Source: Vicugna vicugna
Taxonomy: Eukaryota
Length of the DNA: 64,000 bases
Assembly (NCBI GenBank): GCA_013265495.1
Contig: MU058065.1
Span: 9,031,819 to 9,095,818 of the forward strand
Direction of reading: 5' to 3'
Below are positions 49,841 to 63,129 of this stretch, one piece after another. Numbering within the stretch: the first letter of the stretch is position 1; the number at the start of each line of letters is the position of its first letter. A model generated the notes under the pieces. That model ran no database searches. It was not told the origin of the DNA and worked only from the letters and a program-made list of their open reading frames with translations. Made by a program: the position numbers and the translations under genes.

Positions 49841-51619
49841 ATTGTGCCTTCATTTTTAAATTGATTCCACGTTTTGGTTTTGATGTGGTGTTTTGTTTTG
49901 TCTTTTTAAGGTCAGTGAATATGGCTTCAGTTTAGCCAGGCTAAGTGGACATTTTCAAGGTGTAATCCTTTGTTTTTCATTGTTTCAGTCTGGATTGTTA
50001 CTATCCCTTCGTGCTATCCTAATACCTGGTCACAGGAAGAGAATCTCAATGATAGCGCTCGTGTTTTATCGAGTATTTATGACTTAGCAAAGTCCCAAAT
50101 TCTCTACAGGCTGAAGGCCCCCAATTTCTATAGAATGTTTCTTACTTGATCAATGCCCACATTTTACAAAAAGAGGTAATTCCCATGATCTCTGAAAACT
50201 ATTTTCATAATTTATGAAGCATACCAAGGATGACATAGATTATGCATTGTTTAACTAATTGAGATGTAACAGGAAAAAAAGGAACTTAATTATAAGTGTA
50301 ATGAGGTACAGTATTGTGCTAGATGAATATCATTTGGAAACAGATACTTTTTCACATACACACAGTGATGCTTTGAGAAACAGATTCAGAAACTGACTTT
50401 GGAGTGTTCAAGACAAGTAAGTCAAATATGAGATAAGGAAGAGGAGGTGGCGAGGCAAGAAGAAAAGGGACAGATGAAATATTGCTTATTTCACTTCAGT
50501 TTATGCGTGCAAGTTACACAAAGCTTAGCAGACGAATTTTTCTTACTTAGAAAAGGAAACCTTTTGGTCAGCATCAGCAAAACAGGAGTGAAGAATAGGT
50601 TAAAAGGAGAAAACAAGTTTGTGCCCTGGGGCCATGATTCTGTGGTTGGACCTGACAGGTTTAAACCAGCCAAAAGGTCATAGCCAAAACAAGCGCTATT
50701 CACTAATGGAAACTCCCCTAAAATTCTAAAACTCTGGGTGCACGTCCTTAAAAATTTGATAGAGATTCACTAACAGAATAGTTTTTCTTAATTGAATTTT
50801 CCACGTCTAGAAAACTACCTGAAAAATAAAACTGCGTGTGTGACAAATCTTTCCATTTGGCAAAAACAGAAACCTCTCGGTTTCTTAATGGAAAATTGCA
50901 AAATATTAGCTTTATTGACTTTCCTATTTATCGAAGACATTCTGTCCCTATCTGAGTCGCTCACATACTGACGAGTGGTAGCAACCAGCAGTGCGTTTCT
51001 GCTCCTGCGCAGCAGAGCGTTTTCAGATGCTAGTTAAGTGGAGGTGCACCTGGCGTGCAGTAAGCACTTTCGCTGATTTCCTGTGGTTCTCACACACCCC
51101 TCGGGAGGCAGGTAGACTTATGCCCCATTTTACAGATACAGAACAAAGGCAGAAAGGGAATTCTATTAATTCTGATGAAAATTCAGCTTTTCAGAGAAAA
51201 CTATAAAAATACGATTAAATATGTTTAAAGAAAAGGAGGGAAGCCAGAATGATGCTTTCCATTTCTATAGCTAAGAAGAGGTGTCCTCCTTCAGGCACTC
51301 ATGTAACAGGGATCTACTGAGCACCGACTGTGCTAAGGTCTGTGTTCCGTTTGCCTGACCTCACTTTACTCTCATTTAGTCCTCTTCCAGGTAGTTCAGT
51401 AAGACCGATGCCATGAATCACTAGTTCACAGACAGGAAAAACGAGTATTCTCGAAGTGGAATGGCTTCCCTCGGTCATTTATCTTGTTAGAGGCTGACCT
51501 GAAACTCAGACCAAGTTTTACTGCCCCTCCAGACATCCTTCTATCATGGCGGAGGGAGAAGTTTAAATAGGTGATCCACTCTTCTCTAATTTTTAAGTAG
51601 CATTGAACTGATCTTGTTC

Positions 51620-51829
51620 CAGTGGTTCTTAACATGTTTCTGAGAACATTTAATTTCTCAGTGCGATATTTCCCAGGCCCCACTCCATCTCTCAGAACAA
51701 CCCCACTGGTGGGCTTTCTGTGGTCAGTTAGAGTTTGACACTCACTTTCTTTTTTTGGAGCAGAAGAGAGCACAGACAATGGAGGCCCACGGCACACAGC
51801 GCATCTCTGTCTCACAGAACAAACCACTG
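51620..51829. mobile_element. hAT-type MITE remnant
   Basis: Terminal inverted repeats CAGTGGTT (51620-51627) and AACCACTG (51822-51829); no clear TSD. Confidence 0.5.
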
Positions 51830-53294
51830 GCAGAAAGCAGCCGCACTGCAGAGCCAGAAACATTGTCTAAGCAAACCTGTCAATGTCGGCAAGAATTTTG
51901 CCATTTTCTCATTCTTCCTCAACATGGTCAAGTTTCTAAGCTTTTAAAGTCTCACAAGCATCTCTTGATAGATGTCCAGACTCCCTGGAAGCTAATAATT
52001 GGATGTCTCACAATGCCAAGGTGCTTGGTTTATTAATCACTGGCTTTGAGGGTATGCCAACACTCGAGCAATGCTGAACGGCCCTTGATAAGCTGTTACA
52101 TTTCCCAGGGGCCCCCATTCACAAAGAAAGACCACAGTTAGCAAACCTCTGGTTTCCAATCTGAGCTGTCACCTCCCACCCAAGATCCAACAACCGACAG
52201 CACCATCTGCAAGGCCCTGCAGCAAACACCAGCCGCACAATGGCCTCAGTCCCCCAGAGAGACACTCCTTCGTGCCTTCCATGGGGACAAGGCCACAGAG
52301 CAATCCCTCCCATTCCTCAGTCTGCACAACCACAGACTGAGTGTGATGCGTGCTAGGATAAAAAGGTCCCCTTGGGGCCTTTATTCATCACATATCCAGT
52401 TCCAGCTACATCCCTACCTCTGCAATAGGTACTGGGAAGAAAGTACATGAAAAGTGCTAAAACAGGAATGGTAAAAGGAGTCCTCTGTCCCTGGAAGTCC
52501 TCAGGAAAAAAGACTGGGGAAGGGCAGGGAGAAGGAAATACCGTTCATCATTATCTTCTATGTGCCGTGTGCTCTCAGCACCTTCATCCTTAAAGCCCAA
52601 TGCAGTTCTTCGAGAGAGCTTGTCCTTGTTTTACACACAGGGAAACCAAGGAGCAGGGAAGCCATATCCCAGCCTAAGATCCATGGGTCTTTTGAACCAT
52701 GATATCTGGAGCCAGGTGTCAAATTGATTTCAATCTGCGAGTCTGAGAAAAAGAGTCACCCCTCTTTCTTTAACGTGCTCTTTCATGGTATGAGTGTATC
52801 TAACGTGGGAAGATTTGCTGGCTACTCACGGTGATATCACCAAAGAAAAGATGTACGAATTTCAACGGATACAATCGGAGCCCTGTAACACTGAGTGAGT
52901 TTCTATAGTTTATAGCTCCACATTGGATTAATTTAATTGTAAACATAATATTTCAAATGTAGAACTTTATGTATAGAATACAAAAATATGGATTTTAGAT
53001 GCATGCCTGCAAGGGTAAAATTTAAAAATTAACTTATGGTTTTGAAAGACCGGAGTGATATTACATTTGGGAGACATTCTATCTGTCCTCTCTTCTCTTA
53101 TCTCTTAACTCCCTACATCATTCTTTTTCAGTTTAGACATCTACTTTCAGGGACACATGGTTCTAAGTATTAAAATACATATACATTAAGGAATAGAATA
53201 TTATCAAGTTTAAGAATCTGAATTGCTTTTTTACTTCTTGCATATTTCAGAGTATAGAGAATTATTAAAAATTATCATAAACAACCATGTTACA

Positions 53295-53650
53295 GTACGT
53301 CCATACAATGGAATACTACTCAGCAACAAAAAGGGATAAACGCAAAATAATTATGATGAGTGAAAGATGCCAGTTAGGACAGCATCAGTGAGATTCTATC
53401 TATATTATAGTGCTAGAAAATGTGAACTAATCTTTAGTAAGCAAAAGCAGATCAGTAGTTGCCTGGGTAGGGGACCCAGGACAGGAAAAAGAGGAAGAAA
53501 GAACCCAAGGAAGCTGCTAGAGGTAATGGATATGTTCATTATCTTGACTGTAGTCATGGTTTCATGGGTGGGATGCTTATGTCCAAACCTATCAAATTAC
53601 ATACTTTAAATATGTGTTTATTGTATGTCATTATATCTCAATAAATTTTT
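53295..53650 (+). mobile_element. Old L1 3' UTR (L1MB/MC-like)
   Basis: tccatacaatggaatactactcagcaa...gcagatcagtagttgcctgg...tggatatgttcattatcttga...tatatctcaataaa. Confidence 0.8.
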
Positions 53651-53729
53651 AAATTATCCTACACTGCATTTTTTTCAGAGAAATCTAAAGACAAAATTTG
53701 GGGAAAGTACCTACACGTATATAATACTT

Positions 53730-53930
53730 TGGGCACAGGCTCTAAAATCAGAAAAACTGAGATTGTATCTTAGTTCTCTCACCTCCTACCTGTGTGACCT
53801 TTTCTAAACTTCAGTTCTCTCATCTAGAAAATGGGGGAAATAACAGTAGCTCCCTCACAGGGTTCTTAGGGGATTAAAAGAGCTAATGAAAGTAGGCACC
53901 AGAGTGCACCCAGCAAACATTAAGCATGCA
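53730..53930 (+). mobile_element. MIR SINE
   Basis: ctgtgtgacc...ttcagttctctcatctagaaaatggggg...cctcacagggtt...ggattaaa. Confidence 0.75.
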
Positions 53931-56589
53931 CCATTATTCTAAGAAGTATACATGCACGTGTAGGACTATGTGTGGATAGGTGTATGCATATTTTTTTTCA
54001 TACAAGCAGATATTGTGGCACAAACTATGTATAGTATAAGATAGTGATGAACCTGAAAGAAGCAATGAATCAATCTATGAAAAATGAAACTTTTGTTATT
54101 ACTATTATTACTTTTCCAAACATCATCTTAGTTTTAACGGCTACGTGAGGTACGCCTTATGATTACTCCCATTCTGCAGCTCAGAAAACTGAATCAGAGG
54201 GAGGGTAAGTCAACCAGCTAATGAGTGGAACACAGACACTCCGGCTTCCGGTCTAGAGCTCTTAGGATAAATCATAGGAAGAGAATTCAAAGTCATTTCT
54301 CAAAAGGAGTTAATCATTATTCTGGGACTCAGATTAAACACACAATACGCAGTCCTATGGTACAGCAACTATTAAGGAAAAGAATCTTTCTGCCCTGTAC
54401 CCCACTGCCAGTTCACTGTGCTCCCTCAGATGAAGAGCACCCCATTTTTCTGCATTGCTTGAGCACAACTTCCCACAACTCAAGTGCATGGGCTGGTGTC
54501 TACAAGTCACCATGTGTAGGTTCCCATGTCTCTCCCCATGGCTTTCCTATCTCTGGTGCCTTTGCACACATGGCTCTATCTGTAACACCTGTTCACACTT
54601 CTGTTTACAAAGATTCTGCCAGGGTTTGGGGACATCAGTGACGCCACTTATTCCTTTATTCATTCATTTGTTCATTCCACAAATTGGTATTGAACACCAG
54701 TTATTGCCAGGCACTGATCTGGGTGCTGAGAAAACCGCACCAAACAAGCATCAGCTCCGCCATCTTTCCCTTCTTTGAATCTGACCTTCTTCCTCAGCAC
54801 CTATACTGTGGTTGTTCCTGCACCTGCTTTGGCAGGTGTACGGTACAGGGCTTGAGATACGGGAGACAAAACTCTTATTCAAAATTGATCAATTAAAGAG
54901 AAGGGAACATGTTAAACTGGATCTAATGAAAAAGTGCCTGATGTAAGTAACAGTCAGAAACTCACACGAGGTAGCCAAACTTAAATAAGGCTGAATTGGT
55001 TTAAGAAACACTAGGAGACTTTGGGGCTTATAGGGAGATCTAGGAAGGCACATATGTGCCACCAGGGCCAACTTTCAGCATCTCTTGTCATTGGGAAGAG
55101 GGACTAATGGGTTAAAGATAAAATTTAGAGTGTGTTTCAAATGGGAGTTTCAGCAAAAGGACCAGGGAAATAGTATGAAGGAAAAGGAATTACAGAAATG
55201 AGTATAATGAAAATCTGCTGGAAATTTTAAATTTTTTTATAAGTATGTTTTTTACAGTAGAAATTCTCAGAGGGCAGCAGAGAATGTTATATGAACATCA
55301 TAGGTTTTTGAAATAGAGAAAGTGATTTATATAGAGAAAATGTTTTCATGCGTATTTTTTATGTGTTTATCTTCTGCTCAAAGCTACCACAGACAGGAGG
55401 TTCCCCTAGAGTTTACAGCTGAGCAAATCTGATGTTTAAAATACATTGTTTCTTAAGAAAGCTGTGGTCTGAGCAAAGGTGTGATGCACAGGAAGCTGCT
55501 CTTAGAATTTAGTCTGGGCCACAGTTGTTTTACAGGGTAGGTAGCTTTTTAGACTTAATTTAAGCAACTAAGTTGCGATAGAGACAGGGAAAAATTACCC
55601 ACAAAATTAATGGCAAACCTCAAACACTAAGTGTTGTTGTACGCAATGCGAAGCTGTTAATAACACTTTTAAAGCTGAACAAGACATAAACTTAACAAAA
55701 ATGTATAGCCTGAAGTCTTATCAAAGTCATGATAATGAGACCATATATCAAGACAATGTTCCTTTCTCTAAAAGAGAAAAAAACATTTTGCTGGTTATTT
55801 TTGCATCATATTCATTACTTTTAAGGCCCCTTTCATATCCAAAATATTATTTTCCTAGGATGTTTATACATATAGTGTCATAAACAAATAATGTAGTATA
55901 CTCTGTGTATAGTATAGACAGTGGGAAAACTAAAGAAGAAACAGTATATCAAAAAAGAAGCATTTAAGAATAGTTTCTCTCTCACTGTTCTATTCTCACC
56001 TCCTCCATAAAGTTCAACAGGAAGTCACAACTCTCAGTTGCATAATTTGTGTTTTCCACTCTGTATATTTTTCAGCTGAGCATTTATTAGAAATATGAAG
56101 TCAGTTCTAGCGAGAACACCGTCACAACACAACTTATCACATGTGATGTCACCTTCGTCTCAGTCAAAGCCCCGGGGCTCTCTCACCAAAATATTTCACC
56201 TGCCAGCAGATAAGTGCTGCTGATCGTGCCCCTTAGGGGCAGAGAGATTAGAGGACTCCTTTGGTGTGGGAGACAGCAAATATGAAAATGGAAGAGGATG
56301 GAGTTCTGCTTCCAAATCAGTGTAGTAGCCACACTGTTTTGTTGGGTCCGGGAAAGGCATATTCCCATCTTCAATGGCAGAGATTCACATGCCTTGGTTT
56401 CTGTGCTGTCTTCATCGTTACTGTTACTTTTTGGTTCTCAGAACAGATATGCTGATGTACATTAATTTGGGTGCTTAAAAAGGTAAATTTCTTGATTTTC
56501 CCCTCTATATTTCGTATTTTGATTTTATTTTTTAAAAGCATGGACGTGCACTACTTTTATAAACAGAAAAAAAATTAGTTATTTTTTTT

Positions 56590-56920
56590 TCAATTCCACC
56601 AACACCTATGGAACATCTGCTATGTGCCAAAGATTGTGCTAAGTAATGGGGAGCCAAAGTTGAATAGAATACAACTCACCTCCAGGTCAGTTCATCAAAA
56701 ACCAGGTCACTAAGAGCCCATTTGTCAAAGTGACTCCTGGCTGTTTGCTCTCAAAAACTCACAATCTAATAGAAAGCACAGATATGTAAACAGCCATGAC
56801 ATGCCTTCTTTATTAGTGATGTCAGAGTTATTGTTCAAAGCTCAGAGGAGAAAATAATTCTTCTTTGGGATCAGAGATCAGTTCAATGAGAAACTGTGAT
56901 TTGATCTGGGCTCTGAAGGA
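56590..56920 (-). mobile_element. L2 LINE fragment
   Basis: ccaacacctatggaacatctgctatgtgcca...ctcacaatctaat...tttgatctgggctctgaagga. Confidence 0.55.
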
Positions 56921-59900
56921 GTTGGATTTAATGTGTATTGTGTCCTTTAGTTTCTCTTCACGATTTCAAGCAGAATGATGGAAAGGGTATTTTTAAAAGG
57001 CTACTTTGAACTTTAGGCTTTGGTCCAAACTAAGCACAAGGGAGGTCTTCCTTTTACTTTGTGCTTTCACCTTATGCTTATAATAATTCTTAAAAGTATT
57101 TGGACACAGCCTCCTCACCCACGCAGACTCACTGAAGCAAAAAGAGCAGCTCCGTCCTCCCGGCTCCTGGTCTGTTGGCAAAGCCGTTTCCGAGTTAGGC
57201 ATATACACCCCTGAAGTTGGACGGGCTCATAAGCTCTGATCTCAGTGACGCCCTTCATCTGCCCCTGGAGTGGCCCTGTATACACGGTTCTCCACTCTAG
57301 CTGGTGATCATGTCTTGCCTCATGATGTCAGACAGGTTCATAAACAATGCCAATGCAAGAGGACAAGAAACTGGATGTCTCAGCTGAGGAAGGGCCAGGC
57401 TCACAGGCAGATGGGAAATTATAGAAAACTAAGGCAGCTGTTGGTCCATAGGATGACTTGATGCACATTCAATAAAGCAACCTAGGCAGTCTTGCACCAG
57501 GACACACAGCTTCATAAGGCGGGCGGCTGTCCCCGCTTGTCCCCAGCCTGATGCATTTGTACAGGGCATAACCTGTCAACTGTACACTTTGAATCTACTG
57601 TTTTGAAAACATCTGCATTGGTCTGTGCTTAATGATACTTTATCAGACTCCCCAGAGGTCTATGCACCATTTTTATTGTGTCCCATTAGATCCTTGTTCA
57701 CCTGTGCACAGTTGGACACAATAGTGCTCCCACTGTAGCAAAATTGTAATAGCTTACAGCTCCATGTCTCCAATGAGGATCTTAAGCTACGTTTTGCACT
57801 TTGGGGTCCAGCCAGGTGCATGACCTCTGTCCTTGGAAATACTGACTTCCTACCAATGCACAATGAAGAAGTCCTTAATAAATTAGGTATCTTCTTGTAT
57901 ATGCTATACCAGGAATACAGTAATCAATATACATCAGTCCTTGGGGGCCCAAAAATGTACTCTGATTCTACATACTAGGTCCTTTGTTGCTTTTTCAAGC
58001 AGGCCTATGTGAAAAGGCCAGATAAGACTGTGTTTGTTGCAGAGTACTGCTTAATTCTTGTAGGAGGAAGAGATTAGTCAAATGGGACTAATGAACCTGT
58101 GGTCACAGAATCTATGCTTCAAATGAAGCATATGATCACAGGAAAAACTCTGAATGCTGTTAGATTGTCAGAAAAACTGCATTTGCTTGGAATGTACTCT
58201 GCTTATAACATGAAGCACTTTGGTAAGGGCCATAACCGACAGATGGCAATTTCGATGCCCCCTTCCATTGTTTTCGTCCCCAATGTGAAACAAAGATCAC
58301 ATGTACCCTTTTTCCACTGGTGTTCACAAGAGGGAAACGGTCTGACAATGCAATACTTTTGGACCTACGATCTGGTACCCCCTCCTCTACAGGATCATAC
58401 CACCCACTACATCCCAAACTCAACTCACGCCCTCACCAGCTGGCCTTGTGGTTATACAATTACTTTGCAATCTAAAGTTCAGATAAAGAAGAATCAGCTT
58501 AGTCATGACAAAAAGCAGCCCAATGAAAATTAAGAAAGGTTAAAGTTGAGAAATGTTACTTCAGATTAAAAAGGAATACTCCTGAGTAGCATAGAAAAGT
58601 ATCTTCTAATAAAACAACTGAATCTAAATTAAATTATGAAATAGCCTCAGAGAATTAGAAGATTTCTTAAAAAACACATTGCATTCACTTGAGACAAAGG
58701 TGGCATGTTTTGGGAATGGTCTGTAATGGTTAACTTTCTTGGTTACAAGCAGGACACCCCTGATGCCTACTTGTAGAGTCAGCTCTAGTGTAATTGCTTG
58801 CAATTACTTATTTAATTTCCATCTGCTCTGGTAGCTTATATGCACCATGAAGTCAGGATCCCCAACATCAGCAATGCTCCTGACAGATAACCTCCTCAAC
58901 ACATACTTGTTGGTTGAATGAACGAATGAATGAATGTAAGTGTACTCAAACTTCTCATAAATGACAATGGATTCGAGGGAGACCGTCAATAAATCTTCGA
59001 GATCCATCACTTCCACTAGAAAAGCAACTCATTTATTCTCTTCATTTAAAGCGGCAAAAAAAAATTCATTTCATCAAATTATACATCTGAAATATGTATA
59101 GTTTACTGTATATGAATCATAACACAATAAAGGTGTTAAAAAATAAAGTGGCAAAAATAATGACATACATTATATGTGAGATCTACACATGACAAATTTA
59201 TTTATTTATTTTGCATTACTTTGGGCAATAAGTCTCAGTCTTGGCTACACATTATAATCAACTGAGGAGCTTAAAAAAAAAAGTCCCAGTTGAAACAGAA
59301 TCTTTGGAGTAGGGCTGAGTATGGCTAATTTTCAAACGATTCCAATGATTCTAATAAGCAGGCAATGTTGAGAATGCTGACTGAGGGGCACTCTTTCCCA
59401 AACTTGTCTGATCATAAGAAGCACCTGGCTTGCTCAGTCCACAATCAGCCCTGCTGTCTAGGGTTTTTTTTGTTGTTGTTTTTTTGTTTTTTATTTTTTG
59501 CCAACTTGGAAGATAAAAAGTGACCTCTGTTGTTTTGACAGAGGAGCACTCATTTCTAATTCTTTCAGGCTGTCTGAGTTCAAATCTCACCTTCCACAGA
59601 GTTGCCACTGCTTCTAATTTAGTGTCAATACAAAAGTAATTTATTGCAGGATTATTTTCCAGGCTATCCTGGGGCATTTCTTCTTGTCCAGAAATAATAC
59701 TTCTACAACTTTCGTTAGACTATAGCTTTATTACTGTAAGTCAATTTTCATCTATCTAAAGTAATTGCAGCATATGATTAAGTGTCAGGATGAGTTGTTT
59801 GGACATTTAGGGCTGTGGGACTGCAGCGGAGGGAAAAATCAATGTGGATTTTAATGACACAGAGAGGTCTTGGGCTGGAACCAGATGGATGGTGGGAGGA

Positions 59901-60289
59901 AAGGGGAACGGGATCCTGGGCAGAGGGCACGGCAAGTCGTGAGCAAAGGGTCTATCCTAGGGAAACAAAATACCCATAAACTAAATCCACCGTTGCTTAT
60001 TTTCTCTTCTGTTGCTTCTGCCTGTGATGCATCTCTCCTTTGTAGACTCTCTGATTCCTACCCCTTCCTATCCATATTCCCAAACCCCAGGCTCGACCTG
60101 CTCAATCAGAGTTGGAAGTGGGGGCTAGAAATCTACATTTTTAACAAGTTCCCCAAGAGATTTTTATAATGAAACAATAACTTAGGTTGATGAATCTATC
60201 TACACAATTTGAGAGGAAGATAGATGGAACAGAATGTCCCCGAAAGGGAGCCAAATGCAACAAACTAGAACCTTTGTCGAAATAAATCA

Positions 60290-60840
60290 GACATGCCATT
60301 TTTCATTTGTCAAAGTGGCAAAGATTAAAACACTTTGCACCACTCAGTGTTGAAGATGGAATGAGCTTTTACACACTGCTGGTGGGAATGTGAATTGGTA
60401 CATTACTAAAGGACAATTTGGCAATTCTTATCAAGAGTCAACATTTTTCATACCCTTTGACATAGTAATTCCACTTTTAGAAATTTATCCTAAGGCTGCG
60501 GTCGCAACCTTGGCAATTTGTCAGAATCACTTGAGAAACCTTTACGAACTACTGATTTCTGGGCCCCAGTCCCTGGAGATTCTGATTCTGTAGATTTGAG
60601 GCAAGGTTTGGGAATCTGGATTTTAAAAATATTGATGTAATTTGGGCATATATATACTTTAATTTTAGGTCATAGAAAAGTTAAAATTTGCTGAGGAGTG
60701 ATGGAAATGTTAGCTATCTTGATTGTGGTAGTGGTTTCATTGGTGTATCTATCTATCAAAATTCATCAAATTGTATGTGTATTGAAATATGTGTAGTTTA
60801 CTGTACAGGAACCATACCACAATAAAGGTGTTAAAATAAA
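60290..60840 (+). mobile_element. Old L1M fragments interrupted by a MER5-like element (about 60495-60630)
   Basis: acactgctggtgggaatgtgaattggtaca...ccacttttagaaatttatcctaagg, then cagaatcacttgag...tgggccccagtccctggagattctgattc. Confidence 0.65.
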
Positions 60841-62858
60841 CAAACAAACAACTAGGCATGCTGCTTTAAAAAAAAATTGCTGAGAGCCCCATCCTTCACT
60901 TCGTCCCCTCATTAACATGTTCATGGTAATCCCACAGAACATGTTGCTCTATGTTTTTTCACTCCATAACATGGATTATAATCATTATTCTATTTCAGTA
61001 TATTCAGATCTAATATTTTAATAGATGTTTCTGCATGGAAATAATTGCTTTAACCATTGTGATCATTTAAAGATGGACATTTGAGATCACTTTCAATGAA
61101 TGTTCTTATACGGATATGCTTTTAACCTGTGTGAGAATTTTTGTAGAATAAATATCCAGAAATAGAATTGATGAGTCACATTAAACTTTGATATTGACAA
61201 ACAAACAGCTTTCCAAAATGGTTTTACCAAATGTGGCAGACATACCTACCCATTCCCCCAAATTTGCTTCCTCTCTGATAGGATGCAGTAAGTCCTTAGA
61301 ACTGGGAAGTGGCAGCTCATTCAGAGATTACACTTCCTACCATTGCTTGCATGGTGTGGAAGGCAGGTAACTAGTTCTTGCTAATGAGATGTAGATACAG
61401 TGTATCATTTCTAGGCCAAGAAATCTCACATATGGCTGTGACTTCATGCTCTTTCTCTTTCTCTATCTCCTGTCTCCAAAGACACCCAGGTCCCTTCAGA
61501 ATAGTCAAGCCACACTGTAGAGGAAACTTGGGTCTCTGAATTGCAATGAAAAGGAAAGCCACCCACTTAACTACAGAATAGCCAATATCAAACTATTATA
61601 TACATGAAAAATCCTATTGTCTGATAGTTTGTTTAATACAGTAACTGGTATTGTTCTCATTAATATATCAATTTACAGTCATGTCAATAGTGGGTATCTG
61701 TATTAAAAACAACTCTACAAGTGATTTTAATGCATAAAGTTAAAACCCACAATCCTAACAGAATAACTATAAATATAAATAAAATTTTAACGATATGTGT
61801 ACTTCACTTATATTAATGAAAAACAGGAAAAAGTAATAAATGTCTGATTAATAGGTGAATACAAATGATGCTGAAAAAGATTATTTAATGGCATGGAATG
61901 CCGTTCCATGGTTGCTTGATTATTTAAGTAAATGTATTAAGCTTAGAAAGGATATAAAACAATATTAATTTTTAAAATAAGTTAAAAGATATATCTGAGT
62001 AGAAATATTGGCAGGAAATATAATATACTACAGCATAATACTAAAATGTTAACAATGGTTATCAGTTAAAGCTACATTTACAGATGATCTTTTTACTTAT
62101 CTATGTTTTCTAAACTTTCATTATTGGATGTGTATCACCTTTGTAATAAGAAATAAAATTCTTTAAAAATCAGTAGGTATAATATTGAACTACATCAGCA
62201 AAAAGATATAACCTACAGGAACTTAGAGATAAACCACCCACGAGGCTCTGGACTCTTGTTGTTTGAGGCTCAGTAAGTTATGAAAGTTGGCTGCCTCTGA
62301 GAGCAGACCTGAAACTCAAGTGTTCACATGATGATCAAAAGACTTCCTATGGGGCAGATTTCCAACAAGTACGTGTTTATTAATTGATTAGCAAGGTTGG
62401 AGATTAGGACCTATATGTAGAGCTAAAAAGAGTTAGACACAGGAAATTAACAGCCTCCCCAAATACAGTTTCTGTTTTTCAATTCATGGAGAACTATTTT
62501 TAAAAAATAAGAACCTGATGTCCTTCCATTCGCTGATAAGTTCTTCCATTCACTGATAAGTGAACAATGGGAAAATGGACTTAATTTACAACAGGTGACA
62601 AAAGAAGGCATTTTTTGATGACCATGTTGGTAAGGTAGTGATTGGAAGGCTACAAAGTCTGTTCGTGCAATACCCTTCACTAAAGATTTTAAATAACAGG
62701 AAACAGATTGAAGTGGTTCCACTGTGGTTTTAAAAACCAAAGGGTGGGACACCTAGGGTGATCCTTCTTTGCCCTTTGACTTCTTGCTCGTAGATAAGAA
62801 TAAAGGAAGGAGAGAATGAGAGATGTTAAACACCAATACAGCTCTTTAAAATGATAGT

Positions 62859-62981
62859 GAAAAAGAATATGAAGACGAATATACGTATGTTCATGTATGA
62901 CCAAAACATTATGCTGTACACCAGAAATTGACACAACATTGTAAACTGACTATACTTCAATAAAAATACATATATATCAAA
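62859..62981 (+). mobile_element. Short lineage-specific L1 3' end with 11-bp TSD
   Basis: gctgtacaccagaaattgacacaacattgtaaactgactatacttcaataaaa; AAAATGATAGT at 62848-62858 and 62982-62992. Confidence 0.9.
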
Positions 62982-63129
62982 AAAATGATAGTTATAGCAC
63001 TAAAAATGACAAACAAAAGTTACATGTGAAGTTCTTAAATTTCATTATGCTTATAAAGATATAATGGAGTGAAAAATGGAAAATAAATGCCTATTTTTAA
63101 AAGATTGAGTGAAGTATAGTACATTCATA

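Noticed and set aside
58099..58533. 144-aa ORF and possible processed pseudogene
   Set aside because: No protein family recognised in either strand; no poly-A or TSD.
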